DNA of 64,000 nucleotides from Puniceicoccales bacterium (GTDB lineage Bacteria; Verrucomicrobiota; Verrucomicrobiia; Opitutales; JAIRLM01): NCBI GenBank assembly GCA_031268795.1, contig JAIRWT010000014.1, positions 29,383 to 93,382 of the forward strand, read 5' to 3'. Shown piece by piece: positions 55,363 to 64,000 of this stretch (position 1 is its first letter; each line of letters starts with the position of its first letter). The notes under the pieces were generated by a model. It saw only the letters and a program-made list of their open reading frames with translations, ran no database searches and was not told where the DNA came from. The position numbers and the translations under genes were made by a program.

Positions 55363-56748
55363 TTGTTCATGCGGCGAATACATAGCGAAAAGGTCCGTGG
55401 CACCTTTTATAGCTCCGATGCCACCGACGTTGAACGTCAACTGCGTCAATGGTCGGAAGATTTGCCATGCTACTTGGACGGTGTGCATATGCTCTTCGTT
55501 CCCCATGCGGGATATGTCTATTCCGGGAAAGTGGCCACCCATGCCTATAGGCAATTGGCCAATAGGTGCTTCCGTCGGATTTTTATACTTGCAGACAATC
55601 ATCGGCGTGAATGGACGGATCGTGGCGTCGCGATTCCAAATTTTGACGATTTTCAAATTTTTGATCGTCGCATCCCCATTGACCAAACTTTTTGTGAGGA
55701 CCTATTGGACAAATTTCCAAATGTTTTTTCCCCAACGGAGGAAGCTTACAACGGACATACAATCGAGGCGCAATTACCTGTGTTGCTGCATTTTGCTGAC
55801 ATTTCCGATTCGATCATGGTCCCACTCATTTTCCAAGGAACAAGTGAAGAAGAGCGACGGATGTTGGCAAAATACCTGCATTCCCGGTGCGGTGATGAAG
55901 ATCTAATTGTTATCAGCAGTGATTTGTCGCATTATCTTCCGGCGCAGGCAGCCGAAATAAAGGATCGCGAAACTTTAGCCGTATTGTTGCGTGGGCAGTT
56001 TCCGATCGGGGAAAACTGCCTCTGCGGCATGGAAGCGCTATCATGCGCCTGCCACATTGCCGTCAGCCGCCACTGGATTTGCCATTTTGTTGATTATGCC
56101 CACTCGGGCATGGCCGTTGGCGAAATGTCCCGCGTGGTTGGCTATGGCGCCCTTGCTTGGACACAAAAGGCAATTTATTTTTCCAGCGATGTATTTATCG
56201 CGCTGGAAACGCTGGTTTTGCAATGCATTGAATACTCTCTCGCGCGATTGCCGCCACCAAATGTAGATATCCTATTGGCGCAGTTTCCGCAACTTTGTGC
56301 ACACCAAAGTGTTTTCGTCACGTTGATGAAAAATGAACGGCTGCGCGGCTGCATCGGCGGATTGGGAGATTTTTCGCGAACGATTCTTGATGGAGTCCAG
56401 CAGCGCGCAACTGATGCGGCTTTTCGAGATTTCCGGTTTCACCCGGTCACACCCGAAGAATTGCCCCAATTGAAAGCACATGTTTCCATTTTATCATTTC
56501 CAACGGAGCTGCATCTCCCCGGCGACCAATGGATTGGATATCTATGCGACACTCATCCAAAACCCGGTGTTATTTTGGAGTTTAATGGCCGCACATCCAC
56601 ATTTCTGCCGGAAGTATGGGAACAAGTACCAAATCCACGGGACTTTCTTGCAGCCCTCTGCAATAAACAAGGCGCACCGGGAGATGCTTGGAAAAGCCCC
56701 ACGGCCAAACTGCTAACCTACACAACTCAGACGTGGCGAGCACCATGA
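55363..56748 (+). CDS. Fusion of a MEMO1-like domain (AmmeMemoRadiSam protein B) and an AMMECR1 domain (protein A)
   Basis: The N-terminal half has HAGYVYSGKVATHAYRQL and SSDLSHY (MEMO/class III extradiol dioxygenase-like). The C-terminal half has FVTLMKNERLRGCIGGLG (the AMMECR1 LRGCIG motif). Confidence 0.8.
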   Translation: MFMRRIHSEKVRGTFYSSDATDVERQLRQWSEDLPCYLDGVHMLFVPHAGYVYSGKVATHAYRQLANRCFRRIFILADNHRREWTDRGVAIPNFDDFQIFDRRIPIDQTFCEDLLDKFPNVFSPTEEAYNGHTIEAQLPVLLHFADISDSIMVPLIFQGTSEEERRMLAKYLHSRCGDEDLIVISSDLSHYLPAQAAEIKDRETLAVLLRGQFPIGENCLCGMEALSCACHIAVSRHWICHFVDYAHSGMAVGEMSRVVGYGALAWTQKAIYFSSDVFIALETLVLQCIEYSLARLPPPNVDILLAQFPQLCAHQSVFVTLMKNERLRGCIGGLGDFSRTILDGVQQRATDAAFRDFRFHPVTPEELPQLKAHVSILSFPTELHLPGDQWIGYLCDTHPKPGVILEFNGRTSTFLPEVWEQVPNPRDFLAALCNKQGAPGDAWKSPTAKLLTYTTQTWRAP

Positions 56749-57062
56749 ATTTATTCATGCAATTTTTGCAGGTGGAGAAGGGCAACTATGCACGAAAGCA
56801 GCACAATAGCATTCGCGGGCTGGCGCATCAATACTCACGCAACTGCACAAGTCGCTCCGGTATCCTGCCCTGCCCGACGCCGTACTACATTGGCATTTGC
56901 GCTGGCTTGGCGTTCCCTCTCTCGGGTGATTGCATGATCTCGATCGCAAAATGCTTTTTTTCGCCAAAATCGCGATCGGAATTCTGGCAATAAACTTGGG
57001 TTTTTGAGTGGTTATTCCCCTTGTAATGCGAGTAGCAAATTCGCATTGCCATCCGGCACATT

Positions 57063-59624
57063 TCACTCAGACATAAACTTCGCGCGGAAAAGCTCGTTTA
57101 GGTTTTCTCTTTCTTCTTCGTCATCTGGAAAATATGCGTTCCAGTGTGTTCCGCCTCCATGTTCCCCGGCATCACTGGCAAGATGTACTGTCGCCTTTGC
57201 CCCACCTCCAAACCTAATGTGCGCACCGCCTAATGTGTGCACAACAATAGTTATCCGCAAGCAATAGGCGATTATTGCCAAATCCGGCAATTCCCCCCAC
57301 CGCCCGTCACGGCCTGTTACGGAAATAGCATATATCCATAGCAGTGGTTCAACATGAACGCACGGATCCGCACCAATACCAAGCCATATTGTCACATATT
57401 CCACAGCCTGTGCCATAATCTGTTGCTTGTTTTTGCCAGCTGTTGCCTGTAGAAATCTTTGAATTTCCATAGGAGGCGCAATCTCGAACTTGGTAGCCGT
57501 TCCGGCGAAATCCAAAAGCCATTCTTTGTATGGTTGCACGCCTGGTGATACAATCGCAGCGATAAAATAAGTTTGAATTTCTGCGAAACCTCTTCTCGCA
57601 AGCGCCAATGCGGCACAGTGCATACACGAGCGAACGGTCCGGTAATGTAGTTCTTCGCCTAAAAAAATAACAGAAATTGAGCGATACAGACAATTTCCGT
57701 CTCCATCAACGTCTATCAGTGTGTGCTTTTGTACTAGATTTGCCAATGATGACCATTGAGATTTTATTAGCAATACTGATAACTTCTTCGCGACCAGCTG
57801 TACCGCTACCGGCGGCGATAAAACCGTGGCCATGGGCTCAGCTGGTTGTACAGTCACGGCCAACGCCTGGCATGCGATTTCATGCGATGGTTGCGATCCG
57901 CATAAAACATTAATACCATCCCGTAAATTATCTTCAAGGTCTAATATGTCATATCGTATTTCTTCTGATTCCACGGCTTGCGATGTGTGCCGCCAGTCAT
58001 TCTTATTAATATAATCGATGCATGAGGGTAGCGCTTCTTGTATTTCCAAAGGGACAGACTTGCCAGACAATGCGCGCAATTCCGCTACGATCCTATCAAT
58101 ATTCGTTGGCGAAATACTGTTGATGATCATTTCTATAAACATTTTCCCTGTATTAAGGTGTCGCTGTACGCATATATTATGGCAAAGCGTAAAAGTACGA
58201 GCGGCTATTCCGCTGGCACCCGGAGTGCCGTAGGCGATGCTACGCATAGAAAAACGAAATGCAATATCCAACAAATCGCGAGTCACCGACTCTTGCTTTT
58301 CAAGTGTTGTGATATGGGTTGCGCGTAAAAAACAATCTAGCAATACGCTCGTGACGCCATCGCAATTCATGGCAATGGAATTGTTTTCGAAAATACCAAG
58401 CAAGAGTCTTAATAATTCGATTTCTGCAGAAATAGTTCTTTCAACTCCATTCTCCTGTCTGCATTCCCAAAACGCATCGTATGTGGTCTTAGAAAAAAAA
58501 TTACGACAGAGGATCTCAATCGAACATGTAAAAAATACACGCGCAACACCATCCCTGAACTGCGCCGGAGTCGTTCTCCGCGCCAGATCAAGTTCGCCGA
58601 TGTTGCGCGCACGCATCATGAGACATATTGCCGCAAAAAACCCTGCATCGTACGGGCAAAATCCAATTTCGCACCCAAGTAAGGCATAAATACAGAGCAT
58701 ATAACCAAGAATGTGCATGGAAGAATTGCCGCACGGTGCAGGAATGTCGGTTTGACCTATAGTTTCACAAATGTGCAAAATCAAGCCTGGGCCAACATCG
58801 CTTGCGGCGAATGTTCGCAAGAATTGAAGATCTTCGCGCAAAATTATTTTAATGGCTCCCAACATATCAGGTTCGCCAGATACCGTCATGGGAAATCGCG
58901 CACGGGTTGCCTTAAAAATGGATGAAAGTTTCTTTACGAAAAAGTCTTTTTTCTCATCGAAATAAGGAAGTGTGTTACGTAAGACTTGGCTAGCTTCGGA
59001 TATTCTAGCTGATGACAGCTGAAGTTGATATTGAAACATGTCGAAAACATATTCGCCCCAATCCGTTAGGGCATCATCCATCGTGCGAAGGGCCTCAAAT
59101 CCTTCAGAATCCGAACTGGAAAGGGCTGCTATTAACAAGCGAACAAGTGACACATTCAAGGTAACAACATCGTCCCGTGGATTATTCTCACACATTGTGC
59201 GCATGCATATAAGCCACAACCGTATACAAAGCTTCCATTTTTCCAAATCTATCCCTTCCGGCAATCCCATCCAATAGTTGACGGCATTGGATACTCGCGT
59301 GAAAGGTTTCTCTTCGAGCGACTCCACACCGGAAATAATGCGCCAGGGATCGGTAACCAACGTCCTCATATTGCCCGCTCCTTCAGGAAACACTGCATTA
59401 AGCATTAAAACTGTTCTATTCGGCAAATATGGGAAATGTTCAAACAAATTATCGTACACCTTGTAAGTGCCAATTGGAAATCTTCGCTGGCCTACCATTT
59501 GGGGCACGATGGCATTCGATGGCGGCGATGTCGGGTTCGTATTTGCAAACTTGTGTGCACCAGATGATCCCGCATCCACGTCAGCGCCAACGGCATGCTG
59601 CCATCTAAGCCTAATTGTGCCCAT
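57063..59624 (-). CDS. OTU-domain cysteine protease (putative deubiquitinase) with a ~620-aa unknown helical N-terminal region
   Basis: C-terminal OTU motifs: VDGDGNCLYRSIS (C645, nt 57690-57692), GRWGELPDLAIIAYCLRITIVVH, and GGGTHWNAY (H827, nt 57144-57146). Confidence 0.8.
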   Translation of the reverse strand: MGTIRLRWQHAVGADVDAGSSGAHKFANTNPTSPPSNAIVPQMVGQRRFPIGTYKVYDNLFEHFPYLPNRTVLMLNAVFPEGAGNMRTLVTDPWRIISGVESLEEKPFTRVSNAVNYWMGLPEGIDLEKWKLCIRLWLICMRTMCENNPRDDVVTLNVSLVRLLIAALSSSDSEGFEALRTMDDALTDWGEYVFDMFQYQLQLSSARISEASQVLRNTLPYFDEKKDFFVKKLSSIFKATRARFPMTVSGEPDMLGAIKIILREDLQFLRTFAASDVGPGLILHICETIGQTDIPAPCGNSSMHILGYMLCIYALLGCEIGFCPYDAGFFAAICLMMRARNIGELDLARRTTPAQFRDGVARVFFTCSIEILCRNFFSKTTYDAFWECRQENGVERTISAEIELLRLLLGIFENNSIAMNCDGVTSVLLDCFLRATHITTLEKQESVTRDLLDIAFRFSMRSIAYGTPGASGIAARTFTLCHNICVQRHLNTGKMFIEMIINSISPTNIDRIVAELRALSGKSVPLEIQEALPSCIDYINKNDWRHTSQAVESEEIRYDILDLEDNLRDGINVLCGSQPSHEIACQALAVTVQPAEPMATVLSPPVAVQLVAKKLSVLLIKSQWSSLANLVQKHTLIDVDGDGNCLYRSISVIFLGEELHYRTVRSCMHCAALALARRGFAEIQTYFIAAIVSPGVQPYKEWLLDFAGTATKFEIAPPMEIQRFLQATAGKNKQQIMAQAVEYVTIWLGIGADPCVHVEPLLWIYAISVTGRDGRWGELPDLAIIAYCLRITIVVHTLGGAHIRFGGGAKATVHLASDAGEHGGGTHWNAYFPDDEEERENLNELFRAKFMSE

Positions 59625-59942
59625 ATTGTCGGCGACGGTGTTTGATTCTATGGCCGAAGTGCAAGTATTTTTTGCGACGTTCTTTAGGTGCGCAAATCGC
59701 GAAAACGCAACTCTTAAAAATCTTTACCCCGTCCGCAAAATTTCCGATGAAAATTTGCGAACGGGGCAGTTGTTGATTGCATAAATAACGAGTGCGTCTG
59801 GCATGTGGGCATGTAAGCGGACCAACTCTTGTGAGTAGTGTTATTGACAAAGGCTTCACATTTTTTCAGAAACTTTGCGTAAATCAGGGCTATTTTGCAT
59901 TTGCCTAAAAACTCCATTGGGAAAATTCGTCTTATCAAATAC

Positions 59943-60863
59943 ATGAGCAAAGGGGTCCAATTTTATAATCGCTATACCGGCAGAATTGAAACGGAGCCCG
60001 TATGCGGTGAGTGGTTCATCCGCATGGCCTATGGGACAGTTTTGGGCCGTCTGCTACAGCGACTCATCTTCAGTCGCCCCATTTTTTCGAACATTGCCGG
60101 CTGGTACGCCAATCGCCCAATAAGCGCCAAAAAGATTAGTCCATTCATCGAACGCTACGTGATTCCGCGTGAGGAAATCCAGTCAGAAATTATCCAATTT
60201 GAATCATTTAATGAATTTTTCTGCCGTCGGCTTAAATCGGAAGCTCGTCCCGTTAGCAAAGGAAGAAACATTGTTACAGCTCCATGCGACGGTCGTTACT
60301 TTTTTATCCCCAATCTGGAAGCACGGCGGAAAATTTGCATAAAAGGGCGGCAAATTCGTTTTGAAAAACTTATTGGCGGCGAAAAACTTGTCCAAAAATT
60401 TCAGGGTGGCAGCGCTCTCATTGCACGCCTATGCCCGATGGATTATCATCGTTTTCATTTCCCCTGCGATGGAATTCCAAGTAAGCCGCAGCACATGGGC
60501 AAACGGTTGTATTCGGTGCATCCATTTGCGCTGAGGCACATGTCGATTTTTGCAAAAAATAGGCGCATGCTAACGCGTATAATAACTTCCGCTGGAGAAA
60601 TGCTTATGCTCGAAGTGGGTGCCATGTTCGTCGGAAGCATTTACCAAACCCATGTCCCATACCGATATGTAAAAAAAGGTACCGAAAAGGGTTTTTTTTC
60701 CTTTGGTGGATCAACGGTCATTCTTATTTTTACACCTGGCACATTTACACCGTGTATGGATATTCAACGGACAAGCGAAAAGAATTTAGAAACCTATATC
60801 CGCATGGGCGACCGTATCGGAAATTTTCATGTATCAAATACGTTATCCGCAAATATTCAGTGA
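59943..60863 (+). CDS. psd: Phosphatidylserine decarboxylase proenzyme
   Basis: LCPMDYHRFHFP and the self-cleavage region FSFGGSTVILIF. The start is taken at the ATG at 59943; the track ORF starts at a TTG at 59895. Confidence 0.9.
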   Translation: MSKGVQFYNRYTGRIETEPVCGEWFIRMAYGTVLGRLLQRLIFSRPIFSNIAGWYANRPISAKKISPFIERYVIPREEIQSEIIQFESFNEFFCRRLKSEARPVSKGRNIVTAPCDGRYFFIPNLEARRKICIKGRQIRFEKLIGGEKLVQKFQGGSALIARLCPMDYHRFHFPCDGIPSKPQHMGKRLYSVHPFALRHMSIFAKNRRMLTRIITSAGEMLMLEVGAMFVGSIYQTHVPYRYVKKGTEKGFFSFGGSTVILIFTPGTFTPCMDIQRTSEKNLETYIRMGDRIGNFHVSNTLSANIQ

Positions 60864-60950
60864 ATTCAAAAGCGTTAATACGTTACTCGGCGAATATGTG
60901 CTGTCGCAATGTGATACGTAACTCTGGCGAAAATCCAGCTTTACAGCTCC

Positions 60951-61499
60951 GTGGGTACCGGTAGATTTTCTCAGAGGATGGTAATTGAAAGCCGAAAGGG
61001 AACTTTTGCTCGCATTGTTGCTTATGTAATGGACGTGGTACTGGCCAGCATGTGCGCCATGGCATTGCTGAAGCTTTGGATTTTGCCGCGCTATCACGGC
61101 GCGGGGCTGCAGGTGCTGCAAGCGGCACAAGCTCCGGGATTACGGCTATCTACCGATGTGTTAGTCAATTTGTCGGAGGATCAACGTCTTGCACTGCTTA
61201 AGCTGATCGGATCCTTTCAATGGGTGATCATGGCATCGATTTTTCTTTATTTCTTTCTCTCGGAAACCCTGACTCGCGGCTCATCCCTGGGGAAGTTGAT
61301 TTTCCGCATGCGTATCGTAAATGCCCAATCCGCCGAACCAATTGGCATCTTTCGCTTATGCACAAGGACGGCCGTTTCGACGACATGCCTAACGCTTTTT
61401 TTTCCGTTTCTATTTATTAATTTTCTAATTGGGCTTCTCCGACGGGATCGGCGCTGTTTGCATGACCTTATGGCCCATAGTTGGGTAATTCGCTATTAG
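60951..61499 (+). CDS. RDD-family membrane protein
   Basis: Three hydrophobic segments and the C-terminal RDRRCLHDLMAHSWVI typical for RDD-domain proteins. GTG start. Confidence 0.62.
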   Translation: MGTGRFSQRMVIESRKGTFARIVAYVMDVVLASMCAMALLKLWILPRYHGAGLQVLQAAQAPGLRLSTDVLVNLSEDQRLALLKLIGSFQWVIMASIFLYFFLSETLTRGSSLGKLIFRMRIVNAQSAEPIGIFRLCTRTAVSTTCLTLFFPFLFINFLIGLLRRDRRCLHDLMAHSWVIRY

Positions 61500-61597
61500 C
61501 CGTAAAAGTCGAATCAATCCGCTTGCACTGGAAAATGGTTTGACGGGGTCGCGGTGCTCATTCAAAAACGAACAGCTTTATAAACGAGGGCAGGACG

Positions 61598-61969
61598 GTG
61601 AATGAGAAAATTAGAAAAATTTTGCAGGATTCAATCCGCGGGGAGCGAATCTATGGATTTAAAATCGGCGACAGCGTGAAGGTGCATGTACGCATCAGAG
61701 AAGGCGAGAAGGAGCGCATTCAAATTTTTTCCGGGATTGTGATTGCTCGGAAGGGGACCGGTGCGACGGAGACTTTTACCGTGCGACGCATATCCTTTGG
61801 CGTCGGTGTGGAAAAGGTCTTTCCCATTCATTCGCCCTACGTGGAGAAAATTGAAATCGATCGCGTCAGCGTAACCATGCGGGCAAAATTGTACTACTTG
61901 CGCAAACGTGTGGGAAAAGAGGCAATGAAGGTTCGTGAAAGACAACTCCCGGCTGCCAAAAGTCATTGA
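61598..61969 (+). CDS. rplS: Ribosomal protein L19
   Basis: [33 protein letters not shown]...[22 protein letters not shown]...[13 protein letters not shown]. Confidence 0.93.
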   Translation: MNEKIRKILQDSIRGERIYGFKIGDSVKVHVRIREGEKERIQIFSGIVIARKGTGATETFTVRRISFGVGVEKVFPIHSPYVEKIEIDRVSVTMRAKLYYLRKRVGKEAMKVRERQLPAAKSH

Positions 61970-62259
61970 TTTGAAATTCAGCGGAATTCACAGTTACATT
62001 GCCTGGGATTGCCCGATAGCGATCGTTAAAAAACCTCGATTGCAAATTTAGTAGTTCAATTAAAGAATGACAAAAGACTTGCGAAAGTTAGGATTACGGA
62101 CGAAGCTGTCTTTGTCCGGCGGGCGTTTTTGTACGCGAATCTCAAAAGTCTTCCATCGCTTTATTGGCATGTTGCACAGTGGCTTTTTTGGTTCAAAATC
62201 ATCTCATTTTTGATCTCCGCAAAACGAGTTTTCAGCAATTTGCGCCGGGATTTTAGCCG

Positions 62260-63273
62260 TTAATTTAAGAATTTAAATTTTTTTCGAATGCCTTCTGGAA
62301 TTTGCGTAAGACATCTAGCAAGACTAACACTAGAACTAGTGGTTTTTGTTAGTATTTCGTTGCGCTGCTCTTCTGGTAACTTTTGCAATGTTGCAAGCAG
62401 TAATTCAACGACTTCTGGATTTATGCAATATCGCACAACGCTCATAGCAAATGAGGGATAATAAGCAGCGCGATCGGGATTGCCACTTTCGCATTTGTAA
62501 TTCAGAATTTCAACCGCTAAATTAGCGGGCAGTCCGGAGATAAGCTGTAAAACTCTAGTCACTGTTTTATCGACTGTTGCCTGGACAATGGCCCCACGTC
62601 CACCTGTATAGTATGAATGAAATAATGCGTTTTGAAACTTAATTCCCTTAATCAACTCGATAACCGGTTCTGTTGCGCCAGTGTCTATGGGATCGTCGAC
62701 GACTGTTGGGCTGGCGGTGATGCGCATTCGATCGCATCCATAATCACCACATACGCGTGTATGACGTGCGGCTTCGGCACGCTCCGTCGGAGTGAATATA
62801 TCGGATTTAAGAAACGCAATAAGTGAATTCAAAACCGCAGAATCTTTTTGTTCTTGCTTGGAGCCACCGCCAACTGAATCGCAGTTAACTTTTACAATTT
62901 GCGACAATTTCGAAAATCGGAGGAACGTCGCGAATTCGTTCGGATGATGCGTATGGCAGTAGTCGCAGAGTTTTCGTACATTATCTCGCGTGCATGTGGT
63001 GGGACTATGGAACATCAGTAATAAGGCGCTGATGCCTACGCCGCTAGCCGTAAGTATTGTACACACAAGCACAATCGCGGCCAACTCAGGACCAATACCG
63101 CCAAGTAGAATTGTGGCGATACCAAGCGCCGGCACTCCCTTAGACAGATTAAACAATGCACGTCCGGTTTGAAAACTTGGATTGTAAAGTGCTTGCAGTT
63201 CGCTAGCGCGTACAGGCTCCGGATGGACTTGGACAACAGATTTAGGCCACACGTCCAATATAGGTAAAAGCAT
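62260..63273 (-). CDS. Inc-like membrane protein (N-proximal bilobed hydrophobic domain), otherwise orphan
   Basis: aa ~40-87 (nt 63013-63156) read LFNLSKGVPALGIATILLGGIG-PE-LAAIVLVCTILTASGVGISALLLMF. That is two hydrophobic lobes with a short polar break, preceded by a ~40-aa non-hydrophobic N-terminus. The remaining ~250 aa is unrecognised. Confidence 0.55.
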   Translation of the reverse strand: MLLPILDVWPKSVVQVHPEPVRASELQALYNPSFQTGRALFNLSKGVPALGIATILLGGIGPELAAIVLVCTILTASGVGISALLLMFHSPTTCTRDNVRKLCDYCHTHHPNEFATFLRFSKLSQIVKVNCDSVGGGSKQEQKDSAVLNSLIAFLKSDIFTPTERAEAARHTRVCGDYGCDRMRITASPTVVDDPIDTGATEPVIELIKGIKFQNALFHSYYTGGRGAIVQATVDKTVTRVLQLISGLPANLAVEILNYKCESGNPDRAAYYPSFAMSVVRYCINPEVVELLLATLQKLPEEQRNEILTKTTSSSVSLARCLTQIPEGIRKKFKFLN

Positions 63274-63429
63274 AAAACAGTTTACTAAATAACACTGGTT
63301 TCATAAAGTAAAAAATTAGTTTAGGCTTAGCCATTGGCATCTCCGTGTGAGAATGAGAAAAAGCATTTTTGCGATCGGGCTGTTAAAAAGTAACTTGCCA
63401 AAAAGATCTTGCATTTCTACGATGCGTAA

Positions 63430-64000
63430 ATGGATCGGCAGTCGTTTAGCCTCGTCGAAGAAGCGATAAAAGAAGAAATTCGCGATGCGAGTCTTGTCGA
63501 GGTCAAGGGTCGGGTGCTACAGGTGGTTGGAACCATCATAAAGGCCTCGGTCCCCGGCGTTAAAATTGGCGAGCTATGTCGATTGAAAACGCCGTGGGAA
63601 GACGGCGAGCTCATGGCGGAGGTGGTGGGGTTTGCTCAACAGGCAGCACTATTGACGCCACTCGGCGAACTTGCTGGCATTTCCCCGGCAACGGAAGTAA
63701 TTCCGACCGGGAAGGTGCACATGGCGCCCGTTGGCGAGGAATTGATTGGCCGCACGCTAGATGGCCTTGGAAATCCAATGGATGCGGCAACCAAAGGCCC
63801 ACTGAAAGTTAAAAAATATTATCCCGTTTACGCGAGCCCTCCAAATCCGCTGACGCGGGCACCCATTGATAAACCTTTATCTCTTGGCGTACGTGCCTTG
63901 GATGGATTGCTCACCTGTGGCGAAGGACAGCGCATGGGAATTTTTGCCGCAGCCGGTGGCGGCAAAAGCACCATATTGGGGCAAATCATCCGCGGAACCG
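63430..64000 (+). CDS. Type III secretion / flagellar-type ATPase (SctN/FliI family), 5' part truncated by the window edge
   Basis: Not in the ORF track because there is no stop before the edge. Frame from the ATG at 63430: MDRQSFSLVEEAIKEEIRDASLVEVKGRVLQVVGTIIKASVPGVKIGELC...GRTLDGLGNPMD...PLSLGVRALDGLLTCGEGQRMGIFAAAGGGKSTILG (Walker A). Confidence 0.9.
   Translation, partial: MDRQSFSLVEEAIKEEIRDASLVEVKGRVLQVVGTIIKASVPGVKIGELCRLKTPWEDGELMAEVVGFAQQAALLTPLGELAGISPATEVIPTGKVHMAPVGEELIGRTLDGLGNPMDAATKGPLKVKKYYPVYASPPNPLTRAPIDKPLSLGVRALDGLLTCGEGQRMGIFAAAGGGKSTILGQIIRGT

Noticed and set aside
56749-57062. ORFs 56688..56993 (+) and 56755..57066 (-), a 51-codon ORF, and short inverted repeats (AATGCGA...TCGCATT near 57025-57050; CGATCGC...GCGATCG near 56940-56980) in the convergent gap between the MEMO/AMMECR1 gene and the OTU gene.
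   Set aside because: The ORFs have no motifs. The stems are only 7 bp with no U-tracts, which is too weak to call a bidirectional terminator.

Overview
This window is a compact 64-kb chromosomal segment that looks like a host-associated member of the PVC superphylum, probably chlamydia-like. That taxonomic call is inferred from gene content and has not been tested by any search.

The backbone is ordinary housekeeping:
- Carbon and envelope: glgA, murJ, eno, glgP, pgsA, psd.
- Lipid synthesis operon: lpxA-fabH-plsX-rpmF.
- Translation and replication: nusA-infB-rbfA, gyrA, ffh, rplS.
- Others: comEC, sfsA, sufCBD, an RluA-family pseudouridine synthase.
- RNA genes: RNase P RNA (rnpB) and tRNA-Cys.

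Several genes overlap by 1-4 nt, for example sufC/sufB, sufB/sufD, fabH/plsX and the convergent pair permease/eno.

Interspersed with the backbone are genes that look directed at a eukaryotic host:
- An uninterrupted 4,130-codon ORF (15971-28363, minus strand). It has a central Walker-A/DEAH NTPase module that resembles, from memory, the mostly eukaryotic DUF3638/DUF3645 family. It also has a long coiled coil, a possible N-terminal cysteine-protease-like triad, and a C-terminal hydrophobic segment.
- A USP-type (C19) ubiquitin-protease-like protein behind an Inc-like double hydrophobic hairpin (50829-52376).
- An OTU-type cysteine protease (57063-59624).
- A membrane-anchored J-domain protein.
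- An Inc-like membrane protein divergent from a type III secretion/flagellar-type ATPase that runs off the right edge.

I saw no CRISPR array, transposase, integrase or phage genes. All family assignments rest on motifs read by eye. No database search or computation was possible.
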